Shown piece by piece: positions 1-10,015 of a stretch of DNA of 64,000 nucleotides (positions within the stretch are counted from its first letter, which is position 1; each line of letters opens with the position of its first letter). Under the pieces are notes generated by a model that did not search any database, was not told the origin of the DNA, and saw nothing but the letters and a program-made list of their open reading frames with translations. This DNA comes from an uncultured delta proteobacterium (GTDB lineage Bacteria > Desulfobacterota > RBG-13-43-22): assembly GCA_963802945.1 (NCBI GenBank), contig CAWDKY010000014.1:128001-192000 (forward strand). The letters are read 5' to 3'. Made by a program: the position numbers and the translations under genes.

Positions 1-16
1 GTTTGCGACTTTGTTA

Positions 17-949
17 TTAATTAAACAGGCCATAAACGTTTTCTTCTGGTGGGGTACCTCTCTTTTCCAAAGAATACACAACCTTTTTGTAGTCGGGTTT
101 ACCCTTTCGGTGTATAGAAATCAAAAACCGGAGTATATCTGTAGAGAATTTTCCTTCTACCGTCATTTGAGTCAAGACCTCAAGACAGGTGCGTAAATCA
201 AAAGGTCGGTTGCGGTAGGGACGTGGCGAGATCAAGGCATCATAAACGTCACAAATGGCCACCATTTCCACAATAGGGCTGGAAATCGGAACTCCAAAGG
301 GGTATCCGGAGCCGTCCAGCCGCTCGTGATGTTCCAGGGCTACCGTGGAGCCTAACAGATCCTTTTCCCCGTGAAAACAAGTGAGGAGAATGGCACCTGC
401 CACCGTGTGATGACGAATACGTTGAAGTTCACTCCGGGTCAGCGGGGTCTTCTTTTGCAGGATTTCCATGGGTACATTGATCTTGCCAATATCATGGAGA
501 GGTCCCATGACGGCAAAATGTCGTTCCCAATCCAGGAGGCGGATCAGTTCCATCGCCATGTAACCGGTAAGAACAAAAACATGAAGGGAATGCCAGTAGG
601 TTGAGGGGTCTTTTTCTTTAAAAAAGTTCAGCCCATCTATTACGAAGGGAGAAAGCTGGGCATTTTTTAACATAGCTACCAATTTAGTTTTTACTTTAGT
701 ATTTTTGAAAAGTTTCTGGTATGGCAAATCGGAAATGGCTTTGTTTAAGTCCGACCAGAGGGTGGGAAGGCCCTCGACAGGAATGAAAGGTTTGGGTTGG
801 GAGGAAACCTCAATAATCTTCCAGAGAAATTGTTTGGAAAGCGGGGCACCCTTTCGGGCAATTAGATTACCCTTCAGATCCAACACCGGAAAAAGAAGAA
901 TGTTATTTTTTTTCTTGGTTGAGGCAGTTAGAATTGGAAGCTTAGCCAT
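17..949 (-). CDS. HD-GYP domain protein (putative c-di-GMP phosphodiesterase)
   Basis: Motifs YWHSLHV, LHDIGK, HHERLDGSGYPFG and DVYDALISPRPYR. Confidence 0.9.
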   Translation of the reverse strand: MAKLPILTASTKKKNNILLFPVLDLKGNLIARKGAPLSKQFLWKIIEVSSQPKPFIPVEGLPTLWSDLNKAISDLPYQKLFKNTKVKTKLVAMLKNAQLSPFVIDGLNFFKEKDPSTYWHSLHVFVLTGYMAMELIRLLDWERHFAVMGPLHDIGKINVPMEILQKKTPLTRSELQRIRHHTVAGAILLTCFHGEKDLLGSTVALEHHERLDGSGYPFGVPISSPIVEMVAICDVYDALISPRPYRNRPFDLRTCLEVLTQMTVEGKFSTDILRFLISIHRKGKPDYKKVVYSLEKRGTPPEENVYGLFN

Positions 950-1032
950 TTTTAATCCCCTTATGAGTAATATTATAAGTTTTGTTTGCGGTTAACCAAA
1001 TAAAAAGTGTACAAAAAACGATTTTAAAGAAC

Positions 1033-1166
1033 AAAAAACCCCATATCTCTGTTGAGAAATGGGGTCCGTTATTCATCCATCGACACTCCCTTGGTAAAAG
1101 GTTGCCACCAAGAAAACTTTGTTAAGTTACTAAGAATTTCGTACTATTTAATTGGTAAAAAGTCAA
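1033..1166 (-). promoter_or_regulatory. Putative sigma70 promoter plus structured leader ending in a terminator hairpin (copy A)
   Basis: TTGACT at 1166-1161 (the -10 box, TACGAA, is weak); hairpin CCCCATTTCTC-AACA-GAGATATGGGG followed by U6; ungapped homology to 13630-13709. Confidence 0.55.
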
Positions 1167-1335
1167 TTAATTTCAATTTCCTTTAATCGACCACGATCCA
1201 TCCCATACCCCTGCCAATAGGGTAGAATCCTCTGATGCCGCCTTTTTTTGAAGACTTCACCTACCAACTCTTCAAAAAATCTGGCCCAAAAAATTAATGA
1301 TTACGATGGAAATATGCATGGTGAGTTGAATAACT

Positions 1336-1446
1336 TTAATGCTGTTTGTTCCTCTTCTCCTCGTACATCAGGGTGTCTGCCTTAGCCATAAGTTCATCGA
1401 GAGAAAAGGGTTTTTGGGGGTCATAAGGTGCTATGCCTATGCTCAG
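1336..1446 (-). pseudogene. C-terminal remnant of a GGDEF (diguanylate cyclase) domain
   Basis: Minus strand reads LSIGIAPYDPQKPFSLDELMAKADTLMYEEKRNKQH*, typical of a GGDEF C-terminus; the upstream part is missing and a GGGGTCAGGTCT REP-like motif abuts it. Confidence 0.7.
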
Positions 1447-2185
1447 TTCAGGGGGGTCAGGTCTATTTTCTTTGCATTCTGCTTTCTGTCTCCCGTCCCT
1501 CAGCTAAATTTTCAAACCCGTAAAAGTAAGCTCCGCCCCAATTGGATGGACTTGAAGTCGCAAATTGCGATATCAAGTTTCAAATTCCCTGAAATAAAAA
1601 ATCTTAAACGTTCGAAAAAAGAAATGTGTGTTCAGCTATCCATTCAACCGGCAATCAGGCCCGGAAACTTACTTCAAAAAGCAAGGAAATGTTAACTTCA
1701 CAAATATGGGGGAAAGGCTTTAAAAAACGTTCGTCGTTCGTCGACAACTAAGCAAGTAAATCCTAAGAACACAACGATAATATTAAGAAAATAAAGAGAA
1801 AGAGGGGGGAAGTCAAGGGGAAAATAGGTCCAAGATTCGAAGGGGGCGGAGGGTGTCGAAGAAAATAGGGCTATGCGATGGACTTTAAAAATAGATTACC
1901 GTTTGTAAGGTAGCATAAAGAGCCAAAATTTAAAATCAACATTTCAGGAAGGAGTGCGCAGGTTTCCTCAAAATTGGCCTCACACCACTGAATTCAACGA
2001 GTACACCTGTAAATCTTCAGGACCGATGAATGCTGACAAGAAAGATTTGTGTTTAAAAGCAAGCAGAAAGTTTATATGAGAAGGTTTGGAAAATGAGGCA
2101 ACAAGACTGACAGCCAATTTAAGGGAGAGAAGATATTTTATTTCTGGTCATCTTTTGACCGGTAAATGATCGGGGTCATGGGCAT

Positions 2186-2554
2186 CTACTCTTGGTTAAT
2201 GTCCTTGAGAAACCTTCTGACAAGATTTTCAATAGCTTTTCCTTGTTTCTCTGTTAACCTAAGAAACTTTATGCCCAGTTGATAATTATAATCGTTTGTC
2301 CCTCTATTATATTTAGTAGCTCTTACTATTTGGCCTTTTAGGCTAATAATATCCGACGAATTTTTAAGACCGAAGGAAATCTCAATCTGTTTGTTAACTT
2401 GTACTGGAACAGGAGAGTAGCAGTAAATAAGGCACCCTCCTTTACTCAGATTTGTCATATAGCCTTCCTCTGATATCTTTCGCATATTGTAGAGGATAAC
2501 TCTCTGCAGTCCCCCTCTTTTGAATTCTCTTCGTTGTTCACTCTTTTGATTCAT
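2186..2554 (-). CDS. PilZ domain protein
   Basis: RREFKR (RxxxR) and NLSKGG ([D/N]xSxxG) motifs; C-terminal LGIKF. Confidence 0.85.
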   Translation of the reverse strand: MNQKSEQRREFKRGGLQRVILYNMRKISEEGYMTNLSKGGCLIYCYSPVPVQVNKQIEISFGLKNSSDIISLKGQIVRATKYNRGTNDYNYQLGIKFLRLTEKQGKAIENLVRRFLKDINQE

Positions 2555-2959
2555 TAACCAACCCTATTGAACTCTTGTCTTTTTTCATGAAAGGAATTTT
2601 GAGGAGTTCAGAAAGGAGTATGCAAGTTTTCTCAAAATTGGCCCCCACGAACTAAATTAAAATCTTTCACCTACAAATGTTTTAAGAAGATAGACCAAAA
2701 AGTTGACGATTACTGTTTGAACTATGCAATCCGCCCCTCGATCAGATGAGGCGGCTCGTAGAGTATCTCCATAGATTATAAGGGAATTAGACATTTTGAT
2801 TTTATTTTTAACGAAGCCTCCGGGAGACGTTACTATAGAAGCCATAATATCGGACCATTTGTTCGCCCTGGTCGGGGATGTGGGAGGGCATGGCTGCCAG
2901 CCAATTCAAAGCGCCAAAAATTATTATTGATGGTAGGCCTTGAATCGGTAAGTAAGTTT

Positions 2960-3481
2960 TTACTTCACCACACCACAAGCTACTCTGGCGCCACCACCAC
3001 CAAGCATGGCCGGAATGTCGGAATAATTGTCCCCCCCCGCATGGATCATAAGGGATCTCTCCTTGATGTCTGCCACTCTGAGACGCGGAGCAAGCACTGG
3101 AAGGGTTGCCTTTCCATCAGCAGTTACATAGAGTGCGGGCAGATCGCCGAGATGTCCGTTACCATAGGGTCCTTCGTGTTTGCCCGTATGGGTAGGGTCG
3201 TAATGCCCGCCAGCTGCAAGCCCCGCAACTGGCTTCCCTTCCATCATGGCCTGGGAACAATCCGGCTTGGCATGCACGTGGAACCCGTGCAGACCGGCTG
3301 CAAGATCGCTTAACTGTGGTGTCAGGATAAGTCCATACTTGCTATCGGATGCCGTGACCGTGCCGATTTCCTTCCCCACTCCCTGTTCGGACACCAAAAA
3401 GACCTTAATAGTCAACTCCTCAGCAAAGACCAACCCTGAGAGTACAATAATACACGATAAGACAATTATAGTTTTTAACAT
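2960..3481 (-). CDS. sodC: Periplasmic Cu/Zn superoxide dismutase
   Basis: Signal peptide; [31 protein letters not shown] and RVACG motifs. Confidence 0.95.
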   Translation of the reverse strand: MLKTIIVLSCIIVLSGLVFAEELTIKVFLVSEQGVGKEIGTVTASDSKYGLILTPQLSDLAAGLHGFHVHAKPDCSQAMMEGKPVAGLAAGGHYDPTHTGKHEGPYGNGHLGDLPALYVTADGKATLPVLAPRLRVADIKERSLMIHAGGDNYSDIPAMLGGGGARVACGVVK

Positions 3482-3529
3482 TGCATTCTCCTCTCCAGTT
3501 TTGATGGTTTAAGTTTATCGCAATTGGGT

Positions 3530-3585
3530 GATAAGAGGTTACTTTTAGATAGTAAAGTATAAGGAAAGAAAAAGGTATGGTCAAG
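3530..3585 (-). promoter_or_regulatory. sigma70 promoter module upstream of sodC, also found at 47350-47414
   Basis: TTGACC-17 nt-TATACT; 27 of 28 nt identical to 47387-47414; followed by AAAAGTAACCTCTTATC. Confidence 0.65.
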
Positions 3586-3791
3586 GAGAAAAGAAGCCGA
3601 ATTCCGGGGACGCTATACTAATTTCTTGTCACCTTAAATCCTCGATCCCTTATTTCTCATCAAGTTAGACCATGGACAACATAATCTTCTTGAATTAATA
3701 AAGGCATTTATTACAATGGGGTAACAGGCCATTATAGAAAACTTTTTCCCTTGCCGGTCAAAAACATCTAAGGGATGAAAGGAGTAAACGG

Positions 3792-4355
3792 ATGAAGAAA
3801 AAAAAATTGGATTATTTTGAGGCCCTGTACAATGTAGCCAAGGTCATTAACGCTACGCTGGAACTCCCCCAGGTTTTATCGGAAATTGTCCATTGTATAA
3901 CAGAAACGATGGGGGTCAAGGCCAGTTCCTTGCGTCTCTTGGACCCTCGAAAGAAGAAGCTGCTCATGGCCGCCACCCATGGTTTAACGGCCGGGTATAT
4001 TAGAAAAGGGCCGGTCCTGGTGGAAAAAAGCGGCTTGGATCGCAAGGCCCTGAAAGGGAAATCCATCTGGATTAAGGATGCTCAGACCGACAAAAACTTC
4101 CAATATGGGGGGCGGGCCAAAGAGGAAGGGATCAGGTCCGTATTGGTAGTTCCCCTGGGGATCGGGAAAAAAGTCATCGGGGTCATGAGGGTCTATACGG
4201 AAAAGGTCCATGAATTTAGCGCCCAGGATATTCAATTCCTGGAGGCTGTGGCCAGCTTAAGCACCTTAGCTATTGAAAATGCCCGACTCCATCAACATCT
4301 TAGAACCGAGTGCGATCTGCTTTCGGCCTACAAATACCGTCTGGACGACAATTAG
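3792..4355 (+). CDS. Stand-alone GAF domain protein
   Basis: GAF signature ([17 protein letters not shown]...[27 protein letters not shown]); AGGAG RBS. Confidence 0.85.
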   Translation: MKKKKLDYFEALYNVAKVINATLELPQVLSEIVHCITETMGVKASSLRLLDPRKKKLLMAATHGLTAGYIRKGPVLVEKSGLDRKALKGKSIWIKDAQTDKNFQYGGRAKEEGIRSVLVVPLGIGKKVIGVMRVYTEKVHEFSAQDIQFLEAVASLSTLAIENARLHQHLRTECDLLSAYKYRLDDN

Positions 4356-4369
4356 AAAGGAGAAAGCCG

Positions 4370-5380
4370 ATGATACGCATTGGGATAAATGGTTTTGGTC
4401 GAATTGGACGGCAAGTGTTGAAGGCCGTGCTGGAAAGATATCCGAAAACTCTGCAGGTCGTGGCGATTAATGATCTTTTTGATGCGGAAACCAACGCCCA
4501 TCTTTTCAAATACGATACCAACTACGGGAGATTTTCGGCCGATGTTGCCGTTGAAAAGGACCTTTTTTATATCAATAAAAATCCGATCAAATGCTTTGCT
4601 TTCCGTGATCCGGCGGCTATTCCCTGGGACGACGAAGGGGTGCAGATCGTCATTGAAAGTACGGGCTTATTTACCGCTGGCCCCAAGGCCGCAACCCATT
4701 TGGAAGCCGGGGCTAAAAAAGTCATTATCACCGCTCCGGCCACAGAAGTTGATCTGACCGTGGTTATGGGCGTCAACCAGGGGGTTTATGATCCTAAAAA
4801 ACATCATATTGTTTCCAATGCCTCCTGTACCACCAATTGTCTGGCCCCGCCGGCTTTGGTCATCCATCAGGCCTTCGGCATAGAAAAAGGGATGATGGTT
4901 ACCATCCATTCCTACACCAACGACCAGCGCATCCTGGATCTGCCTCATAAGGATCTGCGCCGGGCCCGGGCTGCCGGACAAAATATCATTCCCACCACCA
5001 CCGGCGCGGCCAGGGCTTTGTCATTGGTTATCCCCGACCTGGCCGGACGTCTTGACGGCTACTCTCTGCGAGTGCCTACCCCGACGGTTTCGGTGGTGGA
5101 CCTTACTGTGGCCTTGAAAAAAGAAACTCAGACTGAGGAATTTAAGGATGTATTAAAGAAAGCCGCTCAATCCGACTTAACGGGGATTATGGCCTGTGAA
5201 GAAGAACGACTGGTCTCCATGGATTTCAAAGGCGATGAGCATTCTTCTATTGTGGACTTGGAGTTCACCCAAGTGTTGCAGAAGAATATGGCCAAAGTCG
5301 TTGCCTGGTATGACAATGAATGGGGTTATTCCTGCCGGGTGGCCGACCTGGCGAATTTAATGGATCAGAAAGGGATATAG
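4370..5380 (+). CDS. gap: Glyceraldehyde-3-phosphate dehydrogenase, type I
   Basis: [30 protein letters not shown]; start placed at ATG 4370 after AGGAG. Confidence 0.97.
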   Translation: MIRIGINGFGRIGRQVLKAVLERYPKTLQVVAINDLFDAETNAHLFKYDTNYGRFSADVAVEKDLFYINKNPIKCFAFRDPAAIPWDDEGVQIVIESTGLFTAGPKAATHLEAGAKKVIITAPATEVDLTVVMGVNQGVYDPKKHHIVSNASCTTNCLAPPALVIHQAFGIEKGMMVTIHSYTNDQRILDLPHKDLRRARAAGQNIIPTTTGAARALSLVIPDLAGRLDGYSLRVPTPTVSVVDLTVALKKETQTEEFKDVLKKAAQSDLTGIMACEEERLVSMDFKGDEHSSIVDLEFTQVLQKNMAKVVAWYDNEWGYSCRVADLANLMDQKGI

Positions 5381-5505
5381 GACTCAACTTAATATTGCTA
5401 TAAGTTCCCGGTCAGAAGAAAAAGGGTCAAACCTTGATTTGTGATTTCAAAGTAACTAGTCAAGGTTTGATCCTCATAAAAAATATTTGCCTAATATTAT
5501 CCGGA

Positions 5506-6624
5506 TTAATAATGTCGAAAGACCTCTACATCCGGCACCTCCATCGCTCCTTCCGGACACAGTTCAACACAACAATAACAGGCAATACAAGCGTCGTTGA
5601 TGGAAAATTCCGGTTCCAAAGTAATTGCCTCTGCCGGACAGTTAAGGGCGCAGTCACCGCAGGTAATGCATTTTCCCTCGTTCTTTTCCGGTTTAATTGT
5701 AATCCGAGTCTCCATCATCCTTTGGGGATAAAGTCTTCTAAACTCGGCCAGGACTTTTTCTTCCAGGTGCACGGCATAGAAGGTGGCCGGCATCTTGAAT
5801 CCAGGGATCGGCACCAATTCACCCAAAATTTCAGTCTCTTTTTCCTGCAAGGTGCCCAGACAACGGGCCTGGGCCTCTTTCTGTATTGGAAGCAAGGTCG
5901 GATCCACGCCCATCATCCGGGCCATAACACTGTCCAGGGCTAAAGGATCGTTGCTGGCCAGTAGTTTTCTCACCTCCCGTAGTTGTCCACCGTGGCAGGG
6001 GCCGTTACCTTCAATGGCCGTGATGGCATCCATAATATGCAAATCAGGCGGACGTACCTGGTGAATGTCACAAACGGTTTTGGCAAAGGTTTCTGCGCTC
6101 CGGGACTGGATATGAAGACGGGCCTTACAGGATCCGGCTATATAGCCGTAAACATTTTTTAAGGCCCCGGTGATCATCATTCCTGAATGGGTTTTAAAAA
6201 CCGGCAGGTTGATTATGTAGTCGGCCTCAAGAATGGCCCGGGAGATGATCAATTGAAACCCGGTCTGGCTGCCTCTTTTTTCTACGACTCGGTTTGATAG
6301 TGAGATAAAACATCCTTCTGAGGCATCCAATATACCGGTAATTTTGGCTACGTTGCGGGAACTGCGGTTAAGGCCTCCGGGATTGTCACCCACCCACACC
6401 TTTCCATTACGATCCAGACAGGAACGGACCACTTCCCTGACCAGTTCCGGGTGTGTTGTATGCCCAAGTTCGGGTACTGAAGGTCCCACCATGTTGGGTT
6501 TAATAAGGACCTTGGCCCCGGCGAAGGTGCGAGGTGCAAGGGTCGTCATAATATACTCGACCGACGGCCTCAGATCGTAACCCACCTTCTCAATCATTAC
6601 CCGGGAAACTTGTTTTTCAGACAT
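5506..6624 (-). CDS. DUF362 family protein with C-terminal 2x[4Fe-4S] ferredoxin domain
   Basis: VLIKPN, TTHPE, NLPVFKTH..ITGALKN; two C-terminal CxxCxxCxxxCP motifs. Confidence 0.85.
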   Translation of the reverse strand: MSEKQVSRVMIEKVGYDLRPSVEYIMTTLAPRTFAGAKVLIKPNMVGPSVPELGHTTHPELVREVVRSCLDRNGKVWVGDNPGGLNRSSRNVAKITGILDASEGCFISLSNRVVEKRGSQTGFQLIISRAILEADYIINLPVFKTHSGMMITGALKNVYGYIAGSCKARLHIQSRSAETFAKTVCDIHQVRPPDLHIMDAITAIEGNGPCHGGQLREVRKLLASNDPLALDSVMARMMGVDPTLLPIQKEAQARCLGTLQEKETEILGELVPIPGFKMPATFYAVHLEEKVLAEFRRLYPQRMMETRITIKPEKNEGKCITCGDCALNCPAEAITLEPEFSINDACIACYCCVELCPEGAMEVPDVEVFRHY

Positions 6625-6651
6625 TTATTCTGACCACCCTAATCGAAAACC

Positions 6652-7413
6652 TCAAGGGGTCACTGTTTGGCCGCCGCCGATAGTAATGGAATAGCCGGTC
6701 ATAAAGGAGGCTTCGTTGGAACACAGCCATAAGACAGCGCCGGCAATCTCCTCAGGCAATCCGAACCGGCCCATGGGCACTGTGGAAAGGTAAGCCTCTT
6801 TCATGGGCGGCCTGGCGGTAAACCCTTCCTCAAGCATGGGCGTCATGATCGGCCCGGGACAGACGGCGTTGATCCGGATGTTTTTAGTCGCATACTCGGC
6901 TGCTGTGGATTTGGTCAGGCCGATGACACCGTGCTTGCTGGCGCTGTAAATGGCGCTGCCCGGTGAACCGCTGATGCCTGCTGTAGAGGCCGTGTTGACT
7001 ATGGCTCCGCCTCCCTGCTGGAGCATTTGCTGTATCTCATATTTCATACAAAGCCAGACTCCCCTGAGATTGGTGTTGATGATCTGGTCCCAGGTCTCCA
7101 TAGTCTGTTTGACCAGACGATTCATGGGACCCCCTACTCCTGCATTGTTGAAGGCGTAATCGAGTTTCCCAAAACGATCAGCGATCTCTTTAAAAAGGTT
7201 TTCCACATCCGATGGGCTGGTGACATCGGTCTTAATGAAAACAGCTTCTCCGCCTTTTTGGGTAATCTCCCGGACTGCCGCTTGACCGAGATTTTCCCTT
7301 CGGGCGGCAATGACCACCTTGGCGCCGTCTCCGGCAAAGGCCAAGGCCGTGGCTCTGCCGATGCCTGAATTGCCACCGGTGATCAAGGCCACTTTATCTG
7401 CGAACCTTTTCAT
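6652..7413 (-). CDS. Short-chain dehydrogenase/reductase
   Basis: TGGNSGIG, NNAG, YSASK motifs. Confidence 0.95.
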   Translation of the reverse strand: MKRFADKVALITGGNSGIGRATALAFAGDGAKVVIAARRENLGQAAVREITQKGGEAVFIKTDVTSPSDVENLFKEIADRFGKLDYAFNNAGVGGPMNRLVKQTMETWDQIINTNLRGVWLCMKYEIQQMLQQGGGAIVNTASTAGISGSPGSAIYSASKHGVIGLTKSTAAEYATKNIRINAVCPGPIMTPMLEEGFTARPPMKEAYLSTVPMGRFGLPEEIAGAVLWLCSNEASFMTGYSITIGGGQTVTP

Positions 7414-7441
7414 GGGAGTTCCTCCTGTAAAAAGAATTTAA

Positions 7442-7590
7442 CAGGTTGTTGAAAAAGGCCCATCTACTGCGTTGCCATCATTCCTCGTCATTACGACGTA
7501 CTTCTATGTACGTCTCATTCCTCAGAATTTCTGGCGCCTTGTATCTGAACCTTTTTGAACAACCTGTACTAAAGAGTTTTATTCATTCTG
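7442..7590 (+). mobile_element. ~150-bp MITE family 1, copy 1
   Basis: Starts CAGGTTGTTGAAAAAGG with an internal inverse CCTTTTTGAACAACCTG; TTAA on both sides; homologous to 26681-26843 and 61002-61150. Confidence 0.85.
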
Positions 7591-7671
7591 TTAATGACCA
7601 GTTGCTTTTGAATAAAAAGAATATAAAATAGAGAGGAAAAGAGAGTCAAGGGAAAAAGGAGGTAATAAAGC

Positions 7672-9912
7672 GTGGTTATTGCACAAGCCCCTGAGGGCAC
7701 CCAAAACGAGGCAAGCCTTAAGGAGGATGGGAAGCCGATACGGATCGGCCGATTCATTGACGGTCCGTTGATCGGTGTTGATTACCATACTCTTTCGATG
7801 ACAGGGGTGACCGACAAGAAAGGCGCCTTCCGCTTCCGTGACGGCGAGAAAGTCACCCTACATATCGGAAAGCTCCAATTGGGTACTACCGCAGCCGCAG
7901 TGTCTATTTCTCCTGTTGATCTTGTCCCCGATTCTAATAAAAGTCAATCATCCTTAATGGATCATCGTGTCATCAATCGTGCGCGGTTTCTACATAGCCT
8001 CGCTTCAAAGACCGATCTTTCCAAAGGCATTATCATTACTGAGACGATACACCAGGTTATCAACCGGGTGGCCGCCCACATCAATTTCGACCAGGAAGAG
8101 GCGGCCTTTACAGCCGATCCATCGGTGCGTTACCTCTTTGAAGAGCTTGGGTTGCGTCTGCACAGTGTCGAGGAAGCTCGAAACCATCTTCGGCGCAGCC
8201 TGGCCGGGATCAAGAAGATCGTTGATGTCAAAATTCCAACCCGCGACGGATCGTACTTGTCGGCTGATGTATATCGTCCTCTGGATGAAGGGCATTATCC
8301 TGTTATTCTGCGGCTGAGTGTTTACGGCAAGGCCTTCGGAAACGGTTCCATCTGTTCAGAGGAAGACTACTTTCGAAGTGAAAAAAGGGAGGATGCCTGG
8401 TTCCAGGAGCGTCGTAAGGGCCTCCCCCCGTCTTTACGATATGCGGAAAATATCGTCAGCGCCAATACCATGGACTGGGTGCCGCGTGGGTATGTAGTGA
8501 TGCGGGTTGACTGCCGGGGAGTCGGACGCACACCCGGTGTGCTTAATCCCTTTTCGCGGCAGGAAGCGGAGGACTATTTCGATGTCATCGAATGGGCCGC
8601 AGCCCAGCCCTGGAGTAACGGGAACGTGGGGCTGCATGGGGCCTCTTATGCAGCAACTATCCAATGGAACGTGGCCGCCCTAAAGCCGCCGTCCCTGCGG
8701 GCCATGATTCCCTGGACCGGTGACGCTGACTCCTACCGCGATCTCTCTTATCCCGGCGGCATCTTTAACGAAGGATATCGCCGTCAATGGTGGAACAACC
8801 TGCTGGGAAACTCATGCGGGGCCGAGACCGTTGATCTGATCGATAACATGCTGGCCCATCCTTTTGATGATCCCGAGTTCTATGGACCGAAGGGTAAGGG
8901 CCCGTTAAGTGCTGATTTCAAGCACATCACCCTTCCATTTTTGACAGCTATCAGCCAGACCGGAGTCTTACATGCCAGGGCCGGGTTTGAGGCCTTTACC
9001 CAATCACCTTCTTTAGACAAACGACTTGTCGTGGTTGACGCCAATTACTTCAAGTTTCTCTATCAAGATTGTCTGACGGACCAGTTCGCTTTTTTTGATC
9101 GTTGGCTTAAAGGCATTGATGATCCAACGACTGCTTTGCCGTCGGTTAGAATGATCATGAGAAACGGATGGGGTAATTTTGAATGGCGTGATGAAGAGTC
9201 CTGGCCAGTTCCCGGCACTATGTACCGAAGTTTATTTCTTGATGCTGGGACAAAAGGCCCCATAGGCGGTGTCGATCCAGCGAGGCCTTCTTTGAAACTC
9301 GTCGAGTCACCTCTGGCGACCGAGGCCCTGGTCTCTTACTCGGCGGATGTCGAGGATATTGAAAGGGGTGTCCGATCAGGTATTTCCTTCATTTCGGATA
9401 TGCTTAGCGAAGACCTCGAACTGGCCGGTCACTTCACGGCCACCCTTTGGATTTCTTCCAGTTCGTTTGATATGGACGTCTATATGTCCCTGCGGGTAAT
9501 CGGACCTGACGGGATTGAAGTACCCTATGCCGTTTATGCGCGTCAATCCAAGGCCCCGGTGACCTGGGGATGTCTGAAGGTCTCCCAAAGGAAGATCGAT
9601 CCGGTCCTTTCCACAGATCATCGTCCCTGGCATACACACCGTTTAATCGATCGGGCGCCCCTCAAGTCCTCGGATGAGATCGTCCGTATTGAGGTGGAGC
9701 TGATGCCGGCCACTTCCAGAATTCCGGCAGGCCATCGGCTCCGCGTCGATGTGCAGCCAGTGGAAGGTGAGGGAGGATTCCTCGATGCCCAGGGCCATCC
9801 GGCCCGCCGGGCTTATGATCCGAGTTATCACAATGGAGCAGAGAACAGAATCCATACCGGCAACAAATTCCCAAGCTCTATCCGGATTCCCGTGGTATCA
9901 AGGCATAGCTGA
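7672..9912 (+). CDS. CocE/NonD family serine hydrolase with extra N-terminal domain
   Basis: IPTRDG..LSADVYRP, nucleophile motif GASY, PepX_C-like C-terminus; exact start uncertain. Confidence 0.85.
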   Translation: MVIAQAPEGTQNEASLKEDGKPIRIGRFIDGPLIGVDYHTLSMTGVTDKKGAFRFRDGEKVTLHIGKLQLGTTAAAVSISPVDLVPDSNKSQSSLMDHRVINRARFLHSLASKTDLSKGIIITETIHQVINRVAAHINFDQEEAAFTADPSVRYLFEELGLRLHSVEEARNHLRRSLAGIKKIVDVKIPTRDGSYLSADVYRPLDEGHYPVILRLSVYGKAFGNGSICSEEDYFRSEKREDAWFQERRKGLPPSLRYAENIVSANTMDWVPRGYVVMRVDCRGVGRTPGVLNPFSRQEAEDYFDVIEWAAAQPWSNGNVGLHGASYAATIQWNVAALKPPSLRAMIPWTGDADSYRDLSYPGGIFNEGYRRQWWNNLLGNSCGAETVDLIDNMLAHPFDDPEFYGPKGKGPLSADFKHITLPFLTAISQTGVLHARAGFEAFTQSPSLDKRLVVVDANYFKFLYQDCLTDQFAFFDRWLKGIDDPTTALPSVRMIMRNGWGNFEWRDEESWPVPGTMYRSLFLDAGTKGPIGGVDPARPSLKLVESPLATEALVSYSADVEDIERGVRSGISFISDMLSEDLELAGHFTATLWISSSSFDMDVYMSLRVIGPDGIEVPYAVYARQSKAPVTWGCLKVSQRKIDPVLSTDHRPWHTHRLIDRAPLKSSDEIVRIEVELMPATSRIPAGHRLRVDVQPVEGEGGFLDAQGHPARRAYDPSYHNGAENRIHTGNKFPSSIRIPVVSRHS

Positions 9913-10015
9913 TTCATGTTGCTAGGCCCTTAGGGGATGTTTCGTGAATAAACCGAATGTTTTTTTGAACGAAGATTAATGATTAATGATCAAACTCAGG
10001 GGGAAAAAAGATAAG

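Noticed and set aside
1339-1695. 118-aa plus-strand ORF
   Set aside because: Largely the antisense shadow of the GGDEF remnant plus intergenic DNA.
950-2950. c-di-GMP-I/II riboswitch near the HD-GYP and PilZ genes
   Set aside because: No GEMM-type consensus (GGCAAACC...GAAA...GGACGCAAAGC) seen on either strand.
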